From an uncultured bacterium (GTDB lineage Bacteria > GCA-001730085), in assembly GCA_964565945.1 (NCBI GenBank), contig CAZMGY010000003.1:43680-75679 (forward strand): DNA of 32,000 nt. The letters are read 5' to 3'. This document shows positions 7,801 to 15,418 of the stretch, one piece after another (position 1 is the first letter of the stretch; the number at the start of each line of letters is the position of its first letter). Both the position numbers and the translations under genes were made by a program. Under the pieces are notes generated by a model, which had not been told where the DNA came from, did not search any database, and worked only from the letters and a program-made list of their open reading frames with translations.

Positions 7801-8712
7801 CCGAAACACAAATCTCAAAAAAAGGCTGTTCAGAACCCTAAAAGCAATGTGGCGCAATTGATGACTAAAGAAGGGGTTCGCCCGCAGGCGCTATTTCAGG
7901 ACGATTGCTGTAGGTCTAGGTTTCGTGGTCGTGCCCAAGGGGGGCGTGGCGGGCATCATCATGATGATGCTGAAGTCGACCATTGTTGTTCGTCACCAGT
8001 TGTCTATCGGCCTCAGTATTATCGAGTTCCAGGCCTTTATGAAAGTAGGCCAGTTTTAACAGTTGCACAGTTACTAGGTGGTCAAGTTACTGCATGGCAG
8101 CAGTGGGCGGGTGCAATAGCGGATATGAGACAACTGTTAACCACAATGCAGCAACGCAGAAATAGCAAGCAAGCGAATATTACTTATATGATGGGGCCTC
8201 TTTTTGATGACTATGTTCTTGATGAAGGTGTCTTTATGGATTGGGTGATGACTCATGCCAATAAGATTCAGTTGATACCCAGTGCCACAGTGGGGGCGAT
8301 GCACTGGAAAGATGCGCAAGGCATTTATCGCATTCATATCGATCCTCGGTTGCTTAAAGATAGCGGTATGCAAGGCGTTTTAGCGAGTGAGTTATTGCAT
8401 GAGCTTTTGGAGATTTATTTTGTGACGCATGCGCGTGCTCAGGAGCCAATTTGGCATGAGGCCTATACGATAGAGAACCTGGATAAGGCCTCCTTTGAAG
8501 CGTCGATATTTGCGTTGCAAATTCAACTGCTTCAAGCGTGGGGAATGGATATGAATCGTATTCGTAATGGGTATATTTCTGTGGAGCAACAGTTTTTTGA
8601 TGGCCGAGCATTTTTTAGTACTGGTTTTGATGAGATTAATTCGTCTGTCGCTTCTTCTCGGCCACTTCAAGAGGTGGTTCAAAGTCAGTTTCAAGTGCTT
8701 TTTGTCGCATAA
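4885..8712 (+). CDS. Divergent P1B-type (heavy-metal) P-type ATPase homologue with N- and C-terminal His/Cys-rich segments and an extra C-terminal domain
   Basis: Uninterrupted 1275-codon ORF; the likely start is ATG 4915 (MNRYLFKKIKCLTALILVQLL...). It is collinear with P1B pumps. Shared elements: VDESELNGEE, CPC in a TM helix (6328-6336), FDKSNTITDG (6451-6480), AEVSPSEKA, GDGSNDRQAM (7405-7434) and terminal TM helices. The motifs deviate from TGE, DKTGT, HP and TGD. Confidence 0.85.
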   Translation: MLKASVGIATMNRYLFKKIKCLTALILVQLLVWQSVSYALSPGSHVVDMYAEFQHKVQHGVPWALMNQSAKEHAHAPAKPEQKPVPKHEHKHDHKHEYKKVETLKLFYSIPSECFALGLVILVLAVVFTGGSYWFLMLGLPLLIQVIYDMEVTLELYWNKSALKKVYDFMQNSAGVVIIAIVLFGLMEILGHLVMVGAAATPLFWTFTVISLIGVIVYALPEMNNGWKAVFKAIDFGRQGKNPMRALGMSFVRGFSLFLFILLPLLGIVHLNLALVVLIAASVQFAYILKRQAREYQMEAMGQLKNREIPRNIVVVALNGAKLQQKVILTEEEVQDMLNQGIEVTAYVAQNTWVPRMDGLIEAVINQKQAYVDESELNGEEQLKLVKTSDQIKGGTFLTGAPIHVRILQVGEQSEIGHIECSLKRFSSKGVSRIERFSDKVGQYFIYTVFFFAIVGFLVSYLTVGSITTALIGALTVFVIICPCAFLIGQPLAFSAARQNLAATHKISVNDDRSFLVPRVMVFDKSNTITDGVEIDREKPWVSLGADMDDEKEKERILKWAAMAEYPYAQNQYAQEVIELAIHHGATDRLKLENHKNSVKSQIYESGKGLKAIIKEPHYGHAHDQEVYLGNLETLLTMVTTIPEEQQQALRRQVDEVVNADSDQVVTPIVMYDITHEKPLLVFRIINRIRPKVKEFLEDYRNIAKRNPYYTFLNGVSRLLFRTDSFPSQTLAVVASGDRKEAVRKIVKKIDIKLALAEVSPSEKALFVLLLKHGGWLGKFQKDLEKRKDPLILTYQEFRTYLMDKRYATKKEVNDLEQIYLKEHQGPEDHALKTNVVFFMGDGSNDRQAMQVAHAGISFNGARSVGQGDILLGADKKEQPLFSQVSYIIKTFRRTYGIILTNIFLIAFVWNIVILTLIFAGVLGPGWAALMHALNTLFVVILAMKLMAKPKEFFKQEFKNMFKGKVSHVDKEPKHKSQKKAVQNPKSNVAQLMTKEGVRPQALFQDDCCRSRFRGRAQGGRGGHHHDDAEVDHCCSSPVVYRPQYYRVPGLYESRPVLTVAQLLGGQVTAWQQWAGAIADMRQLLTTMQQRRNSKQANITYMMGPLFDDYVLDEGVFMDWVMTHANKIQLIPSATVGAMHWKDAQGIYRIHIDPRLLKDSGMQGVLASELLHELLEIYFVTHARAQEPIWHEAYTIENLDKASFEASIFALQIQLLQAWGMDMNRIRNGYISVEQQFFDGRAFFSTGFDEINSSVASSRPLQEVVQSQFQVLFVA

Positions 8713-8860
8713 ACCGTTTTTTAGGGCTAGTCCGACTCAAAGAGCCATCGCGACCTTTCCTTTGGAAAGATATACATTTACCTATTAAAACCACCCTTTG
8801 TCAAAAAATATCTTTAGGTAAATGTTTTAGAACATTAGGCATAGCGTAAAATTGTCTCTT

Positions 8861-8890
8861 TTAAAAAAGGCTAGTATCTCTCTACTAGCC
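8861..8890 (-). terminator. Intrinsic terminator oriented for a minus-strand transcript, with no annotated gene feeding it
   Basis: Minus strand reads GGCTAGTA-GAGAGA-TACTAGCC followed by TTTTTTAAAAG. The stem is 8 bp (8869-8876 with 8883-8890). The plus-strand orientation has no T-run. Confidence 0.6.
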
Positions 8891-8985
8891 CTATATGAAA
8901 AACTCCACTCAAGAATACTTTTAATCCGAGGTTATATAATCAATTTCCATTTCTTTGCATCCGCAATCATGGAAATAGCTAAAAA

Positions 8986-9009
8986 CCTTTTTGTAGAGGT
9001 AGACGTGTA
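8986..9009 (+). repeat. Right copy of the imperfect direct repeat bracketing the accessory segment
   Basis: CCTTTTTGTAG-AGGTA-GACGTGTA. The 11-mer and the 8-mer are identical to 3707-3717 and 3718-3725, and the 5-mer AGGTA is transposed. Confidence 0.5.
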
Positions 9010-9033
9010 TCGGGCATTATATAGTGTTAACTG

Positions 9034-9093
9034 TTAGGATAAATGAACGCTTGCAACTATTACAGTAATAACGAAAGCTATTGCAATACGCAC
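9034..9093 (-). CDS. Candidate 19-aa hydrophobic peptide (MRIAIAFVITVIVASVHLS)
   Basis: GTG start (complement of 9091-9093), with GAGGA (complement of 9103-9107) 9 nt upstream. It lies on the same strand as, and about 145 nt upstream of, the orphan terminator. Such a short ORF in AT-rich DNA could be chance. Confidence 0.2.
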   Translation of the reverse strand: MRIAIAFVITVIVASVHLS

Positions 9094-9136
9094 AGGCTTT
9101 TTTCCTCTAAATAATCGATACACTGATTTTTTTGAC

Positions 9137-9164
9137 TTGGGAACAATTTAGATACTGTTATAAT
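9137..9164 (+). promoter_or_regulatory. Putative promoter for purM-purN-mfd
   Basis: TTGGGA (9137-9142), 16-nt spacer, consensus TATAAT (9159-9164), about 83 nt upstream of the purM ATG. Confidence 0.35.
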
Positions 9165-9246
9165 GGCTCTTGCGCAACCGCCATAATTGATTACAAATAT
9201 ATTAATGACATAATGGGGTTTTCCAAAGAGAGGGATTGTTTTTGAC

Positions 9247-10257
9247 ATGGAAGCACAAGATGCCTATAAAGAAGCCGGTGTTGATATTGAGGCTGGCAAT
9301 CAATTTGTTGGTAAAATTAAACAGTCAGTTAAGAGCACCTATCGTCCAGAAGTGTTAGGGGATTTGGGAGGTTTTGGAGGTTTGTTTCAGTTAGATGTGT
9401 CTCAATATACACAGCCTATTTTGGTGAGTGGAACCGATGGGGTTGGAACCAAGATTCGCGTGGCTCAGATGGCGGGCAAGCATGATACGGTGGGTATCGA
9501 TTTGGTGGCGATGTGCGTGAATGACATTATTGTTCAAGGGGCGGAGCCGTTGTTCTTTTTGGACTATGTTGGTGTGGGTCAATTGAATCCAGATGCGATG
9601 GCTCAGGTGGTGGAGGGGATTGCTGAGGGCTGTCGTCAGGCGAGGTGTGCTTTGATTGGTGGAGAAACGGCCGAAATGCCAGGTATGTACCGTGGCGAAG
9701 ATTATGATTTGGCAGGTTTTTCTGTTGGAATCGTTAATAAAGACCAAATGATCACGGGCGAAACGATTCAAGATGGTGATGCTTTATTGGGCTTGCCTTC
9801 GTCGGGTATTCATAGCAATGGTTATTCTTTGGTGCGCAAAATAATATTTGAACAAGAAGGCCTATCTTGTGACGATGTTCTTTTTGATGATTTAACGGTG
9901 GGGCAAGTGCTTCTTGAGCCTACACGGATTTATGTGAAGGCTTTACTAAGCTTAATGAAGAAGGTCGATGTAAAAGGTTTGGTGCACATCACTGGCGGTG
10001 GTTTCACCGAAAATATTCCGCGTGTTTTGCCCGAGGGCTTGCATTTTCAATTAGACGAAGAGGCTTGGCCGAGCTTGCTTATTTTCGAGTACTTGCAAGA
10101 CAAAGGTCAGTTGAGCCAAGATGAAATGCGCCGGACCTTCAATTGTGGTGTGGGCATGGTTATTGTGCTTGCGAAAGAACAGGCCGATTTAGCACAACAG
10201 ATTTTGAAGGAGCAGTGTGAGGCTTCATACCGGCTCGGTCGCGTAATTAAGAGGTAA
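9247..10257 (+). CDS. purM: Phosphoribosylformylglycinamidine cyclo-ligase (AIR synthetase)
   Basis: Motifs GLGGFGGLF, SGTDGVGTKI, DLVAMCVNDI and GGETAEMPG are PurM hallmarks. Full length (336 aa). Confidence 0.96.
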   Translation: MEAQDAYKEAGVDIEAGNQFVGKIKQSVKSTYRPEVLGDLGGFGGLFQLDVSQYTQPILVSGTDGVGTKIRVAQMAGKHDTVGIDLVAMCVNDIIVQGAEPLFFLDYVGVGQLNPDAMAQVVEGIAEGCRQARCALIGGETAEMPGMYRGEDYDLAGFSVGIVNKDQMITGETIQDGDALLGLPSSGIHSNGYSLVRKIIFEQEGLSCDDVLFDDLTVGQVLLEPTRIYVKALLSLMKKVDVKGLVHITGGGFTENIPRVLPEGLHFQLDEEAWPSLLIFEYLQDKGQLSQDEMRRTFNCGVGMVIVLAKEQADLAQQILKEQCEASYRLGRVIKR

Positions 10258-10260
10258 TCG

Positions 10261-10803
10261 ATGCATTGGTTGGGCATATTGGTTTCGGGTCGTGGTTCGA
10301 ATATGGATACAATTATCGCAGCGTGTGAAGAGGGTCGTCTTTTGGCGGAAGTGAAGGTTGTGATTAGTAACAAGGCCGATGCTCCTGCTTTGGATAAGGC
10401 GTGCAAAAAAAACATCGAAACATTTTGCCTTCAAGATGAAGATGCTATCGTCTCCTGTTTGCAAGACCATCGAGTCGACTTGGTTTGTTTGGCTGGTTTT
10501 ATGAAGATCATTAAGCAGCCGCTTTTGCAAACTTATCCGAATAGGGTTGTGAATATTCATCCTTCGTTGTTGCCCAAATTCCCTGGCTTAAACACCCATC
10601 AAAGAGTGTTAGATGCGGGAGAGTCCGAAAGTGGTTGCACCGTCCACTATGTGGATAAAGGTATCGACACTGGACCGATCATTGCTCAGGCGGTGGTCCC
10701 CGTTGCTACGAAAGACACCTTCGAAACTCTAGCCGTGCGGGTGCTTAAAGAAGAGCATCGCATTTACCCCGAAGCCATCCAAAAGGTTTTGGAATCAATC
10801 TGA
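10261..10803 (+). CDS. purN: Phosphoribosylglycinamide formyltransferase
   Basis: Motifs ILVSGRGSNMD, LAGFMKI, NIHPSLLPKFPG and TVHYVDKGIDTGPII. It starts 3 nt after purM. Confidence 0.93.
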   Translation: MHWLGILVSGRGSNMDTIIAACEEGRLLAEVKVVISNKADAPALDKACKKNIETFCLQDEDAIVSCLQDHRVDLVCLAGFMKIIKQPLLQTYPNRVVNIHPSLLPKFPGLNTHQRVLDAGESESGCTVHYVDKGIDTGPIIAQAVVPVATKDTFETLAVRVLKEEHRIYPEAIQKVLESI

Positions 10804-13800
10804 TGATGAAACAACGCCTCTTGTCTCATATGGTCGAATCTCGTTGCCTATCTAAGGTGCGCGCGCACTTGATTCAGAATCGGCCATTGCACCTTTCGGG
10901 GCTTTATGGCTCTTTTGTGGGTGCGTTACTTGCGGCTATACATCAAGATCAAAAAATGCCTTTATGGGTGATTTGTGAGAGTGATGAAGAAACGGAAACT
11001 GTGGCGCAAGATATGAGCGTTTGGATGAAAACGCCTCAAGTTTTTGTTGAGCGAGATGTTCAGGATATGGCTAGTTTGGTTCGGCGTGCTGAGGCCTTGT
11101 CTTCGTTGGCACAAAGCGATAGCGATAGTTTTGTTGTTTCGTCCAAAGCACTTTTTCAGGCGATGCCAGACCCTCTTGTGTTTCAGCAAGGGTGTTGGTC
11201 GCTTAAGTTTAATCAAAATATCGAACGTTCGTCCGTGTTAGAGAAGTTGGTCAAGAGTGGTTATCAACGTTGTGACATGATTGATGCTCTGGGAGAATTT
11301 GCGGTGCGTGGCGGGATAGTCGATGTGTTTCCTTTGGGCTACGAAGATCCTGTGAGAGTGGAGTTTTTTGACGAAACGATTGAAAATATGTGGGTGATTA
11401 ACCTAAGCACGCAGCGCTCTAAGGAGACGATTAAAGAGGTGTCTATTGCTCCTGTTTGGGAACTAAATCCAGATCAACACGCATGGACGTATCGCCTATG
11501 GGATCATATTCCTTCGCAAAGTATTCTTGTGTTAAAGGACCCGATGTCGGTGGAGCGCACCTTGGGTTCTGTGGTGGGAGAAAGCGCTTGGGTGGATCAG
11601 TGGTTCCATAAGGCGGCAGAGGGCAAGCTAACATTGGCTCTATTAACACCCGAGGATCATTGGCTCGAAGAAGAATTGATGATGCATATGCATGCTACCG
11701 AAATTCTCGATCATGATGCCGCTGCTTTACGACGTCATTTGGATAGCTGGAAAGAGTTGAATTTGGAGCGCGTGGTGGTTTGCCAGCATGACAAAGAGCG
11801 ACGCCATTGGAATGATTTTATCGAACAGCATTCGCTGCAAGAGTGGGTGGAGGGTGTTGAGGTAAGGATTGGTTCGATCAGTTCTGGTTTTGTGGTCGAA
11901 GAGTGTGGTGTAGCGGTGCTTGCTGCTTCGGATGTGTTTCCACGTCGTGACGAAGTGTCTAAGAAAAAAGCGCGTAAGCACAGCAGCTTGCCCATTACAA
12001 GTTTACTTGATCTCCAATTAGGGGATTACGTGGTTCATTTGGGGCAGGGGATTGCTCAGTATCAAGGTTTGCATCGTTTAGATAACGAAGGGGCTCTTCG
12101 AGATTATATTAAGTTGGAGTTTCGTGAGGAAGCTATTTTGTATGTGCCGATTGAGCAAGTTGATTTGATTCAAAAATACATTGGTTTGGATTCGGCCCGA
12201 CCTAAACTGCATAAGCTGGGTGGTCGATCATGGGACAAAGAGAAACAAAAAACTGAAGAGGCCATCAAAGATTTGGCTGCGGACATAATTAAGGTGCAAG
12301 CGGAAAGAAATATGCGCCAAGGGTTTGTTTATAATCAGTCCAAAGAGCTGGAAGAGCTCTTTGCCAATAGTTTTCCTTACGAGGAGACCGAAGATCAGCA
12401 AAAAGCCATTGATGATGTGTATGCCGATATGGAGTCGCAATGCCCCATGGATCGTTTGATTTGTGGAGATGTAGGTTATGGGAAAACCGAAGTGGCTATG
12501 TGTGCCGCTTTTAAGGCTGTGATGCATCATAAGCAAGTGATGGTTTTGGTTCCCACAACGGTTTTGGCTTTTCAGCATTTTCGTAATTTTGAAGATCGAA
12601 TGAAAGATTTTCCGATTAAAGTCGAAATGCTTTCGCGTTTTCGTTCGCGCAGTGAGCAAAAAGAGATCATTGAACATCTTAAATTGGGTCAAGTGGACAT
12701 TGTGATTGGGACGCATCGTCTTTTGCAAGATGATATGGGCTTTCGTGATTTGGGCTTATTGGTGATTGATGAAGAGCAGCGTTTTGGTGTGGCTCATAAA
12801 GAAAAGATTAAGAGATTTCGCAGTGTGATTGATATTTTGACAATGTCGGCAACACCCATTCCACGAACCTTATATATGTCTTTGACGGGAATGCGTGACA
12901 TGAGTGTTATTCATACGCCGCCACGTGAGCGTTTGCCTGTGCATACCGAAGTCTGTGGCTTTGATGAAAAGGTGATTGTGCGTGCCATTCAGTTTGAAGT
13001 GAACCGCCAAGGTCAGGTTTTTGTGCTGCATAATCGGGTTAAAAATATTGATAAGTTTTCCAAGAAAATCGCTCAATTAGTTCCACAAGCGCGTGTCAAG
13101 TATGGTCACGGACAAATGACGGAAAAACAACTGGAATCGACCATTATAGATTTTGTGGGTCATAAGTTTGATGTATTGGTATGCACAACCATTGTGGAGT
13201 CGGGAGTCGATATCCCTAATGCCAATACTATTATTATTAATAATGCCGACCTTTTTGGTTTGGCCGATTTGTATCAATTGCGTGGACGTGTCGGGCGAAG
13301 CAACCACAAAGCATACGCCTACCTTATGGTGAATCCTAACAAGCATTTGCCCAGCGATGCCCAGCAACGTTTGCAAGCGATTAAGGAGTATTCTGGTTTG
13401 GGTGTGGGGTATCGGATTGCCATGAGAGACCTTGAGCTGCGAGGGTCGGGAAACTTGTTGGGCCAGGAGCAAAGTGGTCATATTGCACGGATTGGTTTTG
13501 ATTTGTATTGCTCTCTCTTACGCAGGTACACCAAACAAATGAAAGGAGAGGTTCCTGATGTGATACCGGCGTCGGTTGATCTTAAAATGGATATTACGGT
13601 TGAGCCCGAGTTTATTCCTTTGATGGGGGAACGTTTGGATGTCTATCGTCGGATTGCCAGTGCGGCTAGCGAACAGGAGTTGCGTGAGGTGAAAATTTTT
13701 GTCGAAGATCATTATGGGCATCATTTGCCCGAAAATCTGTTACTATTGTTTGAACTTTCCAAACTGAAGATTGTGGCGGCGATGGAAGGTTACACACACA

Positions 13801-13919
13801 TTGGACGCCGACGCAATCTTCTTGATTTAGTTAAACCAGAAAAGCACCAAGTGGAAATTTTACCAGATGCATCGATGGATCCGCGTGCTTTGCTCGATTT
13901 GATTTGGAGTTTGCTCTAA
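10803..13919 (+). CDS. mfd: Transcription-repair coupling factor
   Basis: RNAP-interaction/CarD-like segment GDYVVHLGQGIAQYQGL. Helicase motifs GDVGYGKTEVA, DEEQRFGV, SATPIPRTL and QLRGRVGRS. Its ATG overlaps the purN stop. Confidence 0.95.
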   Translation: MMKQRLLSHMVESRCLSKVRAHLIQNRPLHLSGLYGSFVGALLAAIHQDQKMPLWVICESDEETETVAQDMSVWMKTPQVFVERDVQDMASLVRRAEALSSLAQSDSDSFVVSSKALFQAMPDPLVFQQGCWSLKFNQNIERSSVLEKLVKSGYQRCDMIDALGEFAVRGGIVDVFPLGYEDPVRVEFFDETIENMWVINLSTQRSKETIKEVSIAPVWELNPDQHAWTYRLWDHIPSQSILVLKDPMSVERTLGSVVGESAWVDQWFHKAAEGKLTLALLTPEDHWLEEELMMHMHATEILDHDAAALRRHLDSWKELNLERVVVCQHDKERRHWNDFIEQHSLQEWVEGVEVRIGSISSGFVVEECGVAVLAASDVFPRRDEVSKKKARKHSSLPITSLLDLQLGDYVVHLGQGIAQYQGLHRLDNEGALRDYIKLEFREEAILYVPIEQVDLIQKYIGLDSARPKLHKLGGRSWDKEKQKTEEAIKDLAADIIKVQAERNMRQGFVYNQSKELEELFANSFPYEETEDQQKAIDDVYADMESQCPMDRLICGDVGYGKTEVAMCAAFKAVMHHKQVMVLVPTTVLAFQHFRNFEDRMKDFPIKVEMLSRFRSRSEQKEIIEHLKLGQVDIVIGTHRLLQDDMGFRDLGLLVIDEEQRFGVAHKEKIKRFRSVIDILTMSATPIPRTLYMSLTGMRDMSVIHTPPRERLPVHTEVCGFDEKVIVRAIQFEVNRQGQVFVLHNRVKNIDKFSKKIAQLVPQARVKYGHGQMTEKQLESTIIDFVGHKFDVLVCTTIVESGVDIPNANTIIINNADLFGLADLYQLRGRVGRSNHKAYAYLMVNPNKHLPSDAQQRLQAIKEYSGLGVGYRIAMRDLELRGSGNLLGQEQSGHIARIGFDLYCSLLRRYTKQMKGEVPDVIPASVDLKMDITVEPEFIPLMGERLDVYRRIASAASEQELREVKIFVEDHYGHHLPENLLLLFELSKLKIVAAMEGYTHIGRRRNLLDLVKPEKHQVEILPDASMDPRALLDLIWSLL

Positions 13920-13926
13920 GCTTTCT

Positions 13927-15149
13927 AACGGCCTTAATGTTCACAAACTCGCGGAATCCCAAAGTGCAACAGTTCGAAGGCAAAGCTGGACTCTTTGATT
14001 CCTCCAAAGGGAAGGCGTGGGTCGGACTTGACAAAGCTATTCACAAAACAAGCTCCAGCATCCAGTTGTTCACGGGAAAAATTAAGCCCTTTTGGCTAGG
14101 TCTTTGGTGAATATCGCCGAACCTAGGCCAAAGGAGCTTTGCTTAGCGAGTTGAATTGCTTCGGCCTCATCCTTGGCTTTGATTAAAGCGCCCACTGGGC
14201 CAAACAGTTCCTCGTTGAAAGCCACCATGTCCAGTTTGACGTCTCCCAGCAATGTGGCGGGGTATAAGGCTCCAGGATGTTCGGGTAAAGTTCCTCCACA
14301 GAGTAAGGTTGCACCTTGCTCCAAATAACGGGTGACTTGGTCGTGCAGTTTATCGCGTAGAATCGACACGAGCCATGGGGGCAATCGTGGTGGGGATCCA
14401 GAAGTTCTCCCAAACCTTGTGATTTAAAGAGCTGTGTCATCTTTTCGGCAAATGCGTCATAAAGCGATTCTTCGATAATAAATCATTTGGCTACAATACA
14501 ACGTTAGTCTCCATTGATCAGGCGAGAGGCTGTGCAGGTTTGTGCCGCAAGTTCAATATCTGCATCAATCAAAACGACATAGGGGTCGCTGCCTCCTAAT
14601 TCGAGAACCGACTTTTTAAAAACGGCACTGGTTTCGAGGACCACGTTTTTTATCACCAGTGCTGAACCGACCATATTGGAAAGATGTTTGAGCAGGTCAG
14701 TGTTACCCGCTATTAGGGCTGGAGCAAGAAAACGGAATACTTGCCACAAAGGGCAATTCCAGGGCATGACCGCCAAAATGGTACCTAAAGGTTGGTAGCT
14801 AATAAAACTGGTGGTGTTGGCAATATCGACGGGTTCATCGGCCAAAAACTGAGTGGCATGTGTGGCGTAATATTCATAGACCATGGCGCACTTTTCGACT
14901 TCACCCTTGGCGTGTGACAAAGGTTTTTCCATTTCGGCCGTGATGAGTTCTCCATAAACTTGGGTGTTATCTTTGAGGAGTTAGGCCATTTGATTTATCA
15001 GTTTGGAGCGATTTTCGAACGAAGTGGTTTTCTAGCTGGCAAACACCTTGTGAACTTCTTGCATGATTGTATGGATACCGTCTGTCGAATGAGTCTCCTA
15101 GATGGCAAGGGTTTTTGAGTGTGTAGGGCTTAAGGGCTGTCATAGGCAT
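13927..15149 (-). pseudogene. Aldehyde / succinate-semialdehyde dehydrogenase family pseudogene, heavily decayed
   Basis: ALDH-like pieces lie in several frames: MTALKPYTLKNP, EVHKVFAS*KTTSFENRSKL, EMEKPLSHAKGEVEKCA...PWN.PLWQVFR, LELGGSDPYVVL, NGD*RCIVAK*FIIEE, FGPVGALIKAKDEAEAIQLA and PFGGIKES...EFVNIKAV. Internal stops fall at 15098-15100, 15032-15034 (at the position where I expect a conserved Trp), 14981-14983 and 14504-14506. There are at least three frame changes and about 55-60 codons are missing between KHLSN and LELGG. Confidence 0.85.
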
Positions 15150-15361
15150 GAGAGAGCACCTTTCTTATGCAGAAAACTATTATTTAAGTTTTTCCACAAG
15201 TTCTTGATCGACAGCAGTGTCGACATCGACAATCACAGCGGTTCCTCACATCTCAATAAACTTAAGTCATTCCGACTATTGTACTTTAACTTAGGTTGCT
15301 TCTCAATGCAGATGCTTACAAATCTCTAGGCGTTTGTTGTGTTTGAAAGGCTAAGGCTTAG

Positions 15362-15390
15362 GTGACTCCAGACATAAAATAGGCTAGAAT
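15362..15390 (+). promoter_or_regulatory. Putative promoter of the glycan operon
   Basis: GTGACT (15362-15367), 17-nt spacer, TAGAAT (15385-15390), 28 nt upstream of ATG 15419. GGAGAGG serves as the SD. Confidence 0.35.
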
Positions 15391-15418
15391 AGGTTTTTGA
15401 GAGTTTTATGGAGAGGTT

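Noticed and set aside
8973-8983. 11-mer AAATAGCTAAA shared with 31084-31094, and the recurrence of AAATAG in several intergenic regions.
   Set aside because: It is AT-rich. Roughly a hundred chance 11-mer matches are expected within a 32 kb window, and there is no positional logic.
8567-9037. Plus-strand ORFs 8567-8788 (73 aa) and 8852-9037 (61 aa, TTG start).
   Set aside because: The first is an out-of-frame overlap with the ATPase 3' end. The second has no SD, a non-ATG start and no recognisable motif, and it spans the minus-strand terminator hairpin.
10294-10302. GGTTCGAAT, resembling a tRNA T-arm.
   Set aside because: It lies inside purN coding sequence (GRGSNMD). There is no acceptor or anticodon stem around it.
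15183-15245. Minus-strand 21-codon open stretch, GTAVIVDVDTAVDQELVEKLK, ending in a double stop just upstream of the ALDH relic. It could be the tail of a second decayed gene.
   Set aside because: It is too short to assign to any family, and upstream frames are closed. Noted only as a possibility.
13904-15329. Plus-strand ORFs 13904-14110 and 15102-15329, and minus-strand ORFs 13831-14034 and 14183-14440, as separate genes.
   Set aside because: They are frame fragments or antisense shadows of the decayed aldehyde dehydrogenase locus, not independent genes.
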